Below, piece by piece: positions 35,684 through 48,024 of a DNA stretch of 64,000 nt. The translations under genes and the position numbers were made by a program. How positions within the stretch are numbered: position 1 is the stretch's first letter; each line of letters opens with the position of its first letter. Below the pieces are notes generated by a model that did no database searches, was not told where the DNA came from, and saw only the letters and a list, made by a program, of their open reading frames with translations. The DNA comes from Nemertoderma westbladi (taxonomy: Eukaryota; Animalia; Xenacoelomorpha), in NCBI GenBank assembly GCA_032718475.1, contig JAUCBJ010000603.1, positions 1 to 64,000 of the forward strand, written 5' to 3'.

Positions 35684-38600
35684 AGAGTGTACTTTGCGAG
35701 GTTAAACACGCCCAGCAACGCTGGTAACGGTAAGTGTACAAACCCTTTTTGTTGTTTTGTTTCTGCGATAGATAAGACTACGATCCCAGCAGGGACACAG
35801 GTGAGACTGGCAGGGAAATTGTATGATAATGGATTATTAGCAGAGTCGGTAATGATAGAGCCGTTAGTAAAATCAAGGGGTTCATATCTAACTGCGCGAA
35901 GTGTAGTTTCTAACCCATTGGATGGATCAGGTAAGGTCCCAGTGCAGTTATTAAATCCGAATAACTACCCCGTTACAATATATCGCAATCAGAAAATTGC
36001 ATTATATTGTACAGTAGATAATGATAGCTTCAATAAAGAAGTTAAACAAGACTCAGTAGAGCGCGACATACAAAGGGAGTATTTAGCTAAGGAATTACCG
36101 TTAGATCATTTGGAGCCTCAGCAGAGGACCCAGTTAATAGATATTGCTACTCAACATGCTGCGGCGTTTTCCTTTGGAGATTGCGATATAGGTAAGACTG
36201 ACCTATTAGAACATAGACTCCCACTTAAACCAGAGGCTAAGCCCTTTTACACGAGACCACGTACAGTACCTATGGGGCTTAGGAAAGAGATTGACAAACA
36301 GGTAGGCAATATGTTAGCCGCAGGTGATATTCAACCTAGCAACAGTGAGTGGGGGGCACCAATAATATTAAGTAAAAAAAAAGATGGTAAGTGGCGGTTT
36401 TGCGTTGATCTTCGCCGCCTTAACGCTGCGGCTGTGCCACAATTTTGGCCTTTGCCGCGCATAGACGAAATGTTGTCGGAAATTGGCACAGCACGGCCCA
36501 AATATTTTACGACACTCGATTTTAAATCGATGTTTTGGCAGGTACCCTTAGCCGCTGAAGATACACATAAAACCGCTTTCGTAACACATAGTGGCCATTA
36601 CGAATTTGTTAGAATGCCCTTTGGCCTCCAGTCCAGCCCTTCTGGCTGCCAGAATCTTATGCAATTAGCATTGCATGGTATCGAGTACGTTCTCGTTTAC
36701 CTCGATGACGTCATACTGTATACCCGGGAATGGGACACCCACGTAAGTACTATTATCATTCTATTACGTAGAATTATCGATCTCGGCTTGAAGCTCAAAC
36801 TAAGTAAGTGCATGTTCGGGGCGACATCTGTAAAATTCCTAGGCCATGTGATAGATAGCTCAGGGCAGCATATGGACAAGGATAAGGTTCAAGCCATGGT
36901 TGATTTTCCGCGACCGGCCAATGCAAAGCAACTTTATAGCTTCCTAGGATTATGTGGCTACTATAGGAAATTTATTAAGGATTATGGTAAGATTGTAGCT
37001 CCCTTGAACGTGTTGCTAAGGAAAAACCAAGAGTTCGTATGGACAAGCGATTGTGAGCAGGCCTTTACATTCCTTAAGAAATGCCTAATTAATAACCCTA
37101 TTCTAGAACACCCTGATTTCGACCAGCCATTTTACCTAGAGACTGACGCTAGCGGTATAGCTTTAGGAGCTGTTTTATATCAGGATGCGGGCGTAATCGC
37201 TTACTCATCGAGGTCGCTAAGCAACGCTGAGAGAAAGTGGTCCATTACGGAGCTAGAGGCTTTAGCCGTGGTCTGGGCAATGCAGAAACACAGGTTTTAC
37301 CTCATTGGCCACGCATTTACGTTAGTTTCGGATCATAAACCACTCAGTTGTTTACAGACCAAACTCGAACTTCCAGGACGTTTGCAGCGATGGGCCGTTA
37401 AACTGTCTGAATTTAATTTCAATTTTGTTTACAGGCCAGGCCGACTTAACCGCGCTGATTGTCTTTCTAGAATACCATTACAGGTAACCCCTGGCAACCA
37501 ACGAGATGAAACCGTTTCTAATGAACCGGTTGCCATGGATACGTTACTTCCCCCTATGCATAATGACCCAGTCTCGTCAGATAATTATTGCTTCATAGGA
37601 CTAGCCAATTTAGACCTACATAATGATAGCGATAGACCAAACGCTGTTGAGGTGGACCTAGACAATGGCGTGCAGCCGCCAAAACCTAATCCATGTGACA
37701 TTCTAAGTTCCCCAGACAGACCCAACCACGATAGTGACGTCACATACATTATCAATAATGACAATAATAATAATTGGACACTTCCAGGCGGCCAACAGTA
37801 CTGCACATTAACTGCCTTGCGTAAGTTACAATCAGAAGACAATAACTTACAGCCTATGATTGATACATTACTGGACACAGCTGTTACAATAGCCGATGCC
37901 GATGTGCGCAAATCGCTACACGAGTATCGTTACATGCTCAAGTTTAGAGCACAATATGTTATGGTTGACAATATACTCTGCCATTTATCAACAAGTAACG
38001 GGAAATCGAAGGTACAGATTGTAGTTCCTAAGTTACTAAGGCAACAAATTATATCCATGTGTCACGATGAAAAGTCTCACATGGGTATTGATAAAACGGT
38101 AGGTGCTATCCATATGAAGTATTATTGGGTAGGTATAAAGGATAATGTTAAGCAGCACATTCGTGAATGTGACCCATGCCAGCGTAGGAAGGGCGTCCCT
38201 CAGACCCAACCACTGTCACCTCTCCCAGTCGTTGAACGTGTCTTGCAACACCTTTCAATTGATATCGTTAAAGGTTTCCAGACGTCATCTAAAGGTAACA
38301 AGGTTATCCTTACAGTAGTTGATCATCTTACTCGTTACGCTTCCCTCCTCCCGTTACCAAATGAAGAAGCCGCTACCGTTGCCAGGGCTTTAGTGGATGG
38401 TATTTTTCTTATATACGGCGCCCCCGAGAGTTTATTAAGCGATAGGGGTAGTAATTTCACGTCTAATTTATTCAAGGAATTAACTGCAATGTTTGGTATT
38501 GTTTCCGTATTTATGTCGGTATACCACCCAGCTTGCAATGGTCTTACAGAACGCATTAACCAGTTAGCTGTAAACATGTTATCGTTGACAGCTACCAACC

Positions 38601-39196
38601 CGCATAATTGGGACGAGTTTATTCCCGCTGTTGCGTTTAATTATAATACTTCGATTCAGAGTACACTTAAGGAAACTCCTTTCTCTTTAATGTATGGGCG
38701 ACAGGCGACAACTCAAGTAGACACGCAGATAGCCCGGCCATACAGCTTGCTAGCAGATGAAGCAACATTCGCAAACGAATTAAGGTTTCGTTTGGAGCGG
38801 GCCCATGGGATAGCCAGGGAAGCTCTTAGGCTTACACAGGTGAAACAGAAACAATACCACGATGGTAAGCTGGGGAAGCGCCAACGCAGTAACATTCGAA
38901 CCTACACTAAGGGGCAGTCTGTATTATACTATGATAGGACGACCAAAGGTAAGAATACGAAGCTGAGCTTCAGGTTTAGGGGTCCTTATGCTATTGTTGA
39001 TCAGGTTGGTAAATCAAGTTATGCCATTAAACTGTTGGGAAAATCGGGAAAACCAAATCCACGTTCTCGACTTATTACTGTAAATGTGAAGGACTTAAAA
39101 CCATACTATAGGGAAGAAAGTAACTCCACGGGAGATGATACAGGTAGGGGGAATGACAGTGGGGACGTCTACGACGGTGACGATAGCGACTGTTGA
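35684..39196 (+). CDS. pol: Gypsy Pol (RT, RNase H, integrase), in frame with gag-pro after one TAA
   Basis: WRFCVDLRRLN, RMPFGL, YLDD, ETDAS, HHCC zinc motif, SIDIV / SDRG / TER catalytic triad, RGPY. Confidence 0.95.
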   Translation, partial: RVYFARLNTPSNAGNGKCTNPFCCFVSAIDKTTIPAGTQVRLAGKLYDNGLLAESVMIEPLVKSRGSYLTARSVVSNPLDGSGKVPVQLLNPNNYPVTIYRNQKIALYCTVDNDSFNKEVKQDSVERDIQREYLAKELPLDHLEPQQRTQLIDIATQHAAAFSFGDCDIGKTDLLEHRLPLKPEAKPFYTRPRTVPMGLRKEIDKQVGNMLAAGDIQPSNSEWGAPIILSKKKDGKWRFCVDLRRLNAAAVPQFWPLPRIDEMLSEIGTARPKYFTTLDFKSMFWQVPLAAEDTHKTAFVTHSGHYEFVRMPFGLQSSPSGCQNLMQLALHGIEYVLVYLDDVILYTREWDTHVSTIIILLRRIIDLGLKLKLSKCMFGATSVKFLGHVIDSSGQHMDKDKVQAMVDFPRPANAKQLYSFLGLCGYYRKFIKDYGKIVAPLNVLLRKNQEFVWTSDCEQAFTFLKKCLINNPILEHPDFDQPFYLETDASGIALGAVLYQDAGVIAYSSRSLSNAERKWSITELEALAVVWAMQKHRFYLIGHAFTLVSDHKPLSCLQTKLELPGRLQRWAVKLSEFNFNFVYRPGRLNRADCLSRIPLQVTPGNQRDETVSNEPVAMDTLLPPMHNDPVSSDNYCFIGLANLDLHNDSDRPNAVEVDLDNGVQPPKPNPCDILSSPDRPNHDSDVTYIINNDNNNNWTLPGGQQYCTLTALRKLQSEDNNLQPMIDTLLDTAVTIADADVRKSLHEYRYMLKFRAQYVMVDNILCHLSTSNGKSKVQIVVPKLLRQQIISMCHDEKSHMGIDKTVGAIHMKYYWVGIKDNVKQHIRECDPCQRRKGVPQTQPLSPLPVVERVLQHLSIDIVKGFQTSSKGNKVILTVVDHLTRYASLLPLPNEEAATVARALVDGIFLIYGAPESLLSDRGSNFTSNLFKELTAMFGIVSVFMSVYHPACNGLTERINQLAVNMLSLTATNPHNWDEFIPAVAFNYNTSIQSTLKETPFSLMYGRQATTQVDTQIARPYSLLADEATFANELRFRLERAHGIAREALRLTQVKQKQYHDGKLGKRQRSNIRTYTKGQSVLYYDRTTKGKNTKLSFRFRGPYAIVDQVGKSSYAIKLLGKSGKPNPRSRLITVNVKDLKPYYREESNSTGDDTGRGNDSGDVYDGDDSDC

Positions 39197-40209
39197 CCAT
39201 TGACGCAAATTATGAGACGTAGTCGATGTGACTTGACTGTTTGCTGGTTACCATGGCTACATAGATAAATTGGATTTATTAACAATGAATAACTTTTGTT
39301 TGGAAAAAAAAAATTGTTATCCTGAAATATTTAGATATTGTGATTTTTTTAAATGGATGGATACATGTTTATGATAGATACTGTATGGATACATTTTCAT
39401 GTGATAGATACATGTATTAATTATTTACTTATAGCCTTTATTTATTGTGGCAGTGACACATTTTATGGATTGTACTATGGTCGGTTACTTACGGTGCGAT
39501 TTATAGATTGCAATTATGCTTGATATAGTGTTATTTGGTTACTCATTGTTGTACTCTCGTTGTACGTGTTATTCTTTAGTCATACTGGCGTACGATACAT
39601 GCAGTACGAAATTTCGATTTAGATATTATTGGCCTTAGGCTAGTTGAATGTATTGTTGGTATCGTGCTTCATATACAGTATCTTTATACTGCCGTTGAGG
39701 TAGACTTTACTTGTCGATGTAGTCATTAGACTTGGGGTTTGTAGTTTGTGCGTTCTAGAAACTCGTGGGCGAGTTTTTTTTAGGAAGGGGGATGTGATAT
39801 TGTATTAAGGGATGGTGTATTATTGGACTGATTAGTATGTATTGTATAGGTTAGGTAGGTATGATATAGTAGTATCTTGTTAGCACCTAGGGTGTGAACA
39901 GCAGGTTGTACGGTAGCTGTCAGGGATATAGTCCTGGGGGCAGGGCGCAGTCAGTAGTTATCATTCAGTTTAGTTATTGAGATGACTTACCGGTGTAGGG
40001 TTGTCAGTCATGTTTTGTAGGTAGTTCGTTATTAGTTTCATTGTCTGATTGTATCACATCATTATTTGTTATTCATGTATCTCAATACACAATATACTGA
40101 TATACTGCAGCTGGTTTCCTAGTTTTACTTCAGTCTTCTCCAGCTCACCCCTCGAGCGGGATAGTGCGTGGCCGTGGATCCGGGACCGGGCGCTGATAGC
40201 GCTTCCACA

Positions 40210-43200
40210 AAGTTCTCAATAGCTGGTAAAGAGTCTTCCCACTTCATCCACTTCTTTAACAGTTCTCCCTTAAGTGGATCATCCCAAGAGTGGTTTTCAA
40301 GCCTCATTTGTAGGACTAGACTCCGAGCAACTGGGATTACAGGACTAATAAATCCCAATGGATCGAAATACGTGCTCAGAATACTCAGGCAAATCCTCTT
40401 AGTTCAAACAGGATTATCGCGTTGTTTTAATTGGGAGAACAAAATATCCCTCTCTGTATCCCACTTTAATCTGAGGGTTTTAGTTTCTGGGAGGTCGTCT
40501 TTAATGAGGTCGAGATCTTTAGCACCTCGTCCTTCTTCTGGGATTGCCTCCAGAACCTCGCGGGAGTTGCTGGTGAATTTAGTTAACCGGAATCCACCGC
40601 GTTGAAGACACTTTACAGTTCCCTTGGCAACCTCGATGGCTTCTTCCACCGTAGGCAGGGATTTGAGGTTGTCGTCCATGTAGATGTCACATTTGATGTT
40701 ATTGATTACCGCTTTGGGGAAGGCATCTCGATTTTCATCAGCAGTGGTACACACTACCAAGCAAGTGTTAGATGGACTTGAGATAATGCCGAAGGAATAG
40801 TCATCCAGTACTCCACCGGTTCTTTGTCAAAGTCACTATAAGGCCACCATAAGAACCGTAAGCTATCTCGGTCTCGTTGGAATGCTTTCACCTGTAGAAA
40901 CATGCCTTCAATATCGGAGGCAAATGCGATGGAATACTGCCGGAGTCGTAGTAGTATTCCCAACAGCGATTGGAGTAAGTTAGGTTCTGGCAATAATTCT
41001 GAGTTCAGGGATTGTCCTTTATATAACGCAGAGCCGTCGAACACCACCCGGACTTTGTTGGGTTTACCGGGTTTGGGAACGTAGACGTGTATTAGATAAT
41101 ACATTCTCTCTGTTATGGGTGTTTCTATCAGAACTCGCTCTGCGTATCCCCTATCGATGAACTTCTTTAACTGTGTCTTGTACATTTCCTTAGCTTTATC
41201 ATTCGATGATAAGCATCGGTGCAGTTGTTCAATTCTTTTGATGGCCAATGGTCGGTTATTGATGAAGCTGGGTTCTCGCTTCAGGAAAGGTAAACCAATC
41301 TCGTAACGACCCTCCTCCTTGATGTAAAGAGTAGTCATTGCTTGGATTTGTTTAGCTTTCTCCTCCTCTACAGATAGGGCTCTATCGTAAGAGTTAGGTT
41401 CCACAGCCTCTTGGCTAAAGAATAGCACTGTGTGTTCTGTTCATCTCTCAGTTTAGAATTATATCTCTCCACTACCTTGTTTAGCTCGTCATCCTCGTAA
41501 GCCAACAGTTTGTTGTTCTGTTGCAATAAATTACACAGTTTGGTTTGGTTTGTCCAAGTTTGATTCACGGTGAGGGATTCAATCACATTGTCCTCATCGT
41601 AGAGTATTTGGATGTCGTCGTTATTCGAGGAGCATGGAGTTTCCTCACCTGAGATATTCTCGTCATTCACGGCTTCTATACTCTCACATACCTGGTTAAT
41701 GCGTTCATTCTCTCCTCTTTCTGGGAGAGTGCGTCCAGGTGGTCCCATGAAATACCAACCCACCCTAGTTCGTCCTGTGTAAGTTTGTAAAGGCTGCGGT
41801 CGAGTAGGTCGCTTTTCTAATGTTTCTAGCGCTTCATGTGAGTTCTGCTCAAGTAGCATCTGGACTCCAGGATAATCAGTCTTGAATCTGGGGACTCTGT
41901 ACCGTTGGACAAAGGTGTCCTCGTCCCAGTAATAAGGTTCTACCTGAGTAGCTGCAAAGTTCTTAATAACTACCAATTTTATACTCTCCTTACCAGATTT
42001 ATCCTGTGGGGTGGATAGTGATCTCATATAGAAGTCCGTCGATATTGTAGATTTCCATACCTGCATGATCCCGGAGAGGTTGAGTTTAGTTTGGAATTTC
42101 TCCTGACCTGCAAATATGTCCTCGGCTAAGTCCTTGTCAATAAAGGTACCTGTACTACCTGAATCAAGGAGGGTGTTAAATTAAACTCTTACCTTGTCCA
42201 TGTATACTGAGCTGCATCACTGGGAATTCTCTTATGCCACTAGATGGTTGCGAGACCTTCCACGAGAGATGTTTATCTGGAATGGATAGTTGGATTTCCT
42301 CTCTGTCTGTTGTCGCTTCATGGGTAAGGGCTCGATACACGATTGTGTTGATCATATAGCAGGATTCGTTTTCATTGGAAAACTCGTCCGTATAAAATCC
42401 TTCCATCTCCGATCTCTGGTCGGTGTCATTCACGTTGCCAAACTGGACATGCAACTCTGGTTCACTCACCTTATCGAACTCGCTATGTAATAACGAGTGA
42501 TGTTTAGCTCCATATTTAGCACACATAGCATCTGAATAGCAAGTCTTCCCTGGTGTCCTCTCCTCAGATAATTGTAACATAACCTCTTATCCCAAGTTAC
42601 ACTATGCCTGTCCCTGAGGTCTTTCTTCAAGAATTCTTCACACTTACTTAGATGATGGGGCCCTTCGCATGACACACACTTAGGCTTAAAGTTGGTTACC
42701 TTTGGTTGGACTGTGTTCTGCACACGAGTTCTTTCTTCGGGCTTCTTATTAGGAATCCTCTTAGGTGACGTTGCAGGAGTCTTACATTGTTCTATCAAAT
42801 TTACTATCATTCTGCCAAATCTTGGGTTTTCCCATGTCCTTACTGTGTAATAAAAATTGGCAGTGTCTGGTCCACTATCCTCATTATGTGAAGTTTGACT
42901 CTCATACTCAGTGTAACATACAGGAGTTACTCTTTTCCTAGCGACTGGTTTCTCGCTTACCTTAGTTTTCTCTCTAGACTGTTTAATTAACTGTATTCTT
43001 ACCTCTCCTGTTAGGAAGGACATAAAGGTCCGCCATTGTAGTATCTCTCCAATGCTGGTCCTCAAAGTATAACACCCTTTTGTCCCAACGAGTACCCACT
43101 CCGCCCTTTGGCAAAGATGCTGCTACAGCTCCTACTACCATAGAACTTTGGTACTCATGAGATTTACCTAACCAGTCTAACTGTCTACAGATCTCCTGAA

Positions 43201-43677
43201 CCTCATTGGAAAACTCTATGATTTCATTACTAGGGAATTATTATTATTACCATTACTAAAATTTAATTAACCTAGTAATCTAGTATGTAACCTAGTAATA
43301 AACCTAGTAATTATCATTACTAGGGCTACTAATTTCGCATACAAGTATCTAGCTATGTTAGTCCTATTACCACACCTGTTGTTTAGTGTATCCCAAACTT
43401 GTCTTAGTCCGTCAGTATGTCCGATGAACTTTAATGCCATCAATTTGCGGGGACCTTCCAAGCACTCGATGAGGAATCGTAACTTTTCTCTGTTTGATAA
43501 TACATAGTTTTGTATGTTGTCCTTATAAATATTCATTAAAAGGCAGCCACTTCAACTCATCTCAGTTAAACTTGATGACCTCTCCCATCGTTCTAGCCAT
43601 CTGACTCGTAAAACTCTCCTGAGCCATCGTATTATTCAATATCAAATTATCCGAATATACATTTCTAGGATTATTGT
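40210..43677 (-). pseudogene. gag-pol: B gag-pro-RT, frameshifted
   Basis: Fragments KVRVVFDGSA, SDIEGMFLQV, IYMDDNL, GGFRLTKFTSN; Gag and PR fragments closely similar to A. Confidence 0.92.
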
Positions 43678-44951
43678 TGTGATGGGATCAGTGGATCCCG
43701 ACCGGTATGTTGTTTATGTACGCGTCCCCGCCGTGTGAATGAAAAAGGGTTCGTTGTTGTTCCGATAATGTTGATGAATATAAAATATAGTATATAATGA
43801 GCAAACAGATAGCACAGTTGAAGTACAGAATGATCGGTAATATTGAATGTGATGGTGATGGCGATTACGGTAATAGAATGTTACCGTACTGCCCTAACTG
43901 ACTGAGCAACTGAGTAAACTGAATGTGTGATGAAACACCGACCGGTAATATACTACACTACATTGGCCTGTTACTTAGCTGATGCCTTCCTGTCCCCCCA
44001 TTGGTTGATAACCCAATTCTCGGCTCCCACCTCTGTGGGAGTGTTTCCCCCTGGCTACTGTTACTTTCTCTCTCCCGGAGGCTTAACCTCTGACCTCCAT
44101 TGTATACGGCCCTTTGGGGGTTCGTTGCCCCCGTTTATTGGGGGTGGTACGAGGTTGATTGGCAATCAACCTCGTGCTTCCCAATATTGCTTAAAGGCAC
44201 CGTCTCCCAACTTTATGGGGTGGTTAGCGGAATTGAATCCGCTACCACTCCCCCTCATGCTATCTTCCCGGTGAGAAGATAGCATCAACCTCTAGTGCGC
44301 TTCAATTCCGCTGGAACCTGATCTACTATCAGGTGTGGGGTGGAGTTATTTTCTTTTCAGAGCCGGCTTTCCAGGCCGCTCCCTATGGGTGTGATGTCGC
44401 TACCCCCTCTTGGTGCAATTTCGTCTACCTTGCACCAAGACATCTGACGTCCCGTGTTGGGCTGATTGTGGGTTTCTGTCACACAATTTTTGTTTCCCCA
44501 ACACTCCCTCCACTCTAACTCCACACTAACTAACTCTAACTTCTCCCCCACTCTAGCTCTCGGACCTTCTTCTCCCTCACTCTACCTCTCACTCCTCCCC
44601 CCCACACACTTGAATTGCACTCGCACTCTCTCCGCGCGTTCTATACTCGACCTTCACCCCCAACGCTCTCGCTCCTGACGGGCCTCACCCTCCCTTCCTG
44701 TGCCGTCGCACTCAAGAAGTGTGAAGTCGTCTAGTGTCCTGTTCCGCCATAGTCAATTGGTTCCCAGTCCCAGTAGATAATTGGAAAAGGTTATATGACT
44801 ATAGTACTTACTTTGATTATATTTGCTTATTTGACTATACTAATGATTATTACATACGTACATACTAATTGCACTTTTAATCAATTAAATTTTTGCACTT
44901 AGGAGTTCGTACTTCTCACGTGGTGCCTTCCAGGCATCCCACATCCAAGTT

Positions 44952-47560
44952 CTAGTTCGTCCCACCTGACTTTGGGAACCATCTCAACTCCTTCCCCCTG
45001 TCGTCCTCCTCCCTCGGTCGTTTCCTGGCCGCTGCCGCTCCCTTGGCCTTATCCCTATTTAAGTTTCTGACCCTCGCTGTTACCTCTCTACTTATTCCCG
45101 TCATCGACTCCTTGGGTGCTGGTGTTATCAGCTCCCGGTATCGCTTCGTGGGTTGCCCCATCGAATGGCCCTGTTGTCTCCCCCTAGTGGCATCCCATAG
45201 GATCACCTTCATCGCCCGCGGCACATGCACTGCCAAGAAATCTCTGAACTCTCCTCGGTTCTGTGGTGTCCACCTGTCCAAATACCTCTGCGTATTTATC
45301 ACCCCGGCATACGACGCCGCCGTTGACACATCCTGCTAGGTAAACGGAAGTCTCCGTCTAATAATCTCCAGGTGGGCCTCCTGGTTGACACCAAAGAAGC
45401 CCCACCGGAACTCCTGGGCCCCCACACGCCGCCGCGTCATGGCACCGACATCGGCCCATTCCTCGAAGATCCTAAACCTCTCCCCGTCGTCCATCCAGTC
45501 GCACTGGCATCCACAGTGCCCCCGGAAGTCGCACTTAGAACACCGGTTGTGCAACCGTGGACACGCCCCCATTCTGTGGCTTGACTCGCGGCGGCAGTAG
45601 AGACAACTAGTCCCTTTCTGGAATCGGTACAAACAGCTCCTTTCCTGGTGAGTTTGCCTCCCGCAGTAATCGCAGCCGAGCACCAATGTCTCCCGCCCCA
45701 CGTCGTCTTTCGTCCCAAGCAATCTCCTCGGTCCGTGGAGTCACTGGTAAGCGAACTTTTGGACGTTAGCATCCCTGTCCACGTCTATCTCCTCGCCCCT
45801 CCCGGGCATCGTCTCTCCGAATACTACTCGTGGTGCCGTTCCTGGTTGCTCGCCCAACCTGATGGTGCTCCCCGCAAAATCCATCGCCGGCTCCTCATGC
45901 ACCCAGCCCGCTTGCCGGATCTATCCCAGAAGGCTCTCGCCCCACTGGCCATCACCACCCTCCCGCCACCCCAGTCCGTGTCCGAGTGGCCGATCCTCCC
46001 GATGGGCGGCATCTCTCCGAACTTGTCGTCATCCTCGTCCTCCTCTGGGAGTGGTTCCAATCCTGGTATCCCGGTGGATCCACTGTGTCCCTTCCCACCT
46101 TGGCTCTCACCCGTGATCTTCCATCCTTCCAGCTCCCCCGGTCTCCTCTGCGCGAAATCGCCCTCTGCGCCCGCTGGTATGGGTGTCGCCTACAATCCCG
46201 ACTGTTTCGGTGACCCTACCGTCCACCCCAACTCTCGCCCTAGAGACTCGCCCGAACTCCCTGATGATGTTCAACGAAGTTCATCTAAGGCCGCCTGTTC
46301 CTCGAACCCGTAGATCTCTGCTCTGGCCGCCTCCTCCCTTTCTTCTGCCTCTCTCCTTTCTTGTCTAGCGATTTCTTCCAATCGCTTCGCTTCTCGTCTA
46401 TCCACCTCTAGCTGCTCCCACCTCTGATATGGCGTATCCACATCCCTGTCTACTAGATGTCGGCAGTTATAATACACCGACTCGCCCTTCAGCCCCGGGT
46501 GGTCTACCAGACCCTCGAAAGCCACTCTGAAGGCTCTTCTGTAGTTCAGGGGTGATCCCGATAGCAAGAATGCTGTTGGTTCTCTCTCGATAACCACGGT
46601 GATGAATAGGTTTAGCAAACCTATCATTATCCAGTCCTCCTGCAGGATATATCGCTTCTTATATACCTTTATTGCTCCTCTCCGGAATTGATACACCTCT
46701 TGCTTCCCCGGCCTTGCTTCCCACTTCAGCAAGTTTGCCAACTCCGCTCCGTACTCCTCCCTGAATTTACCCCAGTCCATTGGTTTGTGGCATATGAGCC
46801 CCATTAGCTGGCCCATTGCCACCGCTCCACAATGGCCGGCATTCTCCACTAGTCCCAACCCGTCTGGCGCTGTCATAGCCATGTAGACCATTTGCGTATC
46901 CAGGAGGTTGGAGGTCTCCGGAGCGATGATCCTCTCCGCATTGTCGCGGATCGCCGATCCCACCTTTATCGTCGACTTCTCCCTTACTAGACTCTGCACC
47001 GCTTTTGGCAGCCGGTTCAATTTTGGCCCGTTCTTCTTCCCATACGTTCCTAGGTCGAATAGGAATATATCCCCATTTGGCGCGGCCAAATGCAGGAGTA
47101 TGGTTCTGGCCGACCCCGCCGACCCTCTTCTCGAACCTTCCTCGTCTTCCACGGTCCCTTCATCGTCTAGGACCATGTACCCTCCCCTGCTGACGGACTC
47201 TACGAACCTCTTCCAATCCTTTCTCGGTGGCTCCTTTGCATACTTCGGTATCCCGAACTTCGCCTCGTCTCCTTTCACCATGTAGTGGAAATGCTCGAAG
47301 ATTGCATTGTCTAGCAACGGTGTCCCGTAGGTCCCGAGAGGTCGCTGTTTGTGCACCTCCCTGAAATGGTCCTGCAGCGCTCGCGCTTTGTGACCCCTCT
47401 CTAACCGCTCGTAGTATCCCCTCGTCTTCTCTTCCGGATGCCTCTCGGTGAAGTCCACCAGTATCTCCTTTCCTCCTAACTCCGCCTTTCTCTTTCTGAC
47501 CAGTCTCTCCGCCATCTCGAACTCTCCCGATCGCTCACCTATAAGGTGGGGCCTTGCCAA
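44952..47560 (-). pseudogene. Extra 3' ORF of C (~870 codons, several stops and a frameshift): DEDDy 3'-5' exonuclease-like domain, acidic linker, three CCHC knuckles and a basic tail
   Basis: 46271-47560: VLDDEG...LLHLAAPNGDIFLFDL...LPKAVQSLVREKSTIKVGSAIRDN...LLDTQ...YILQED. 45336-45722: three knuckles. 44952-45329 is in the same frame as the knuckles after one stop. Confidence 0.75.
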
Positions 47561-48024
47561 GGCACAATATAAATGAGTGATGCAGTTAGGATGGTCTGTG
47601 CAGTTCGATAATGGCCTATCTCACACTATATGTTAGGTTATCGCCTAATTTTCCTACCCTAATTTCCTAAAGTGCCAAATTCTACCAAATTTCGTAATTC
47701 TGTCCGTTACTTAAAATATGTTCTGGAATATTTTTCCCTACTGTTACCATAATTTGTCTAATTTTCTAATTTTATTTATTTTAATATTTAATTTAATCCT
47801 ACTATTGTGCTATCAGTATCTGCCAATGGATTATTCTATTTATAATCCACATTCTGGCCTACTCTGTGGGATGGTGCAGTACAACAGTATGTGTTGCGTG
47901 GCCTACACGATTTATCCAGCTGTACCCACATGCCCCCCTCTCGCTACTCATTACTAACTCTACTAACTTTCCAGCTAATTTCTGCTGACTCTTACTATAT
48001 ACTATATTATACATATCCTCCTAC

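Larger units (their letters stand above)
33078..40209 (+). mobile_element. Ty3/Gypsy LTR retrotransposon, near full length
   Basis: 417-bp LTRs at 33078-33494 and 39793-40209 (about 7 differences), TSD AAGT, PBS, PPT AGGAAGGGGGA at 39782-39792, domain order PR-RT-RH-INT. Confidence 0.97.
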
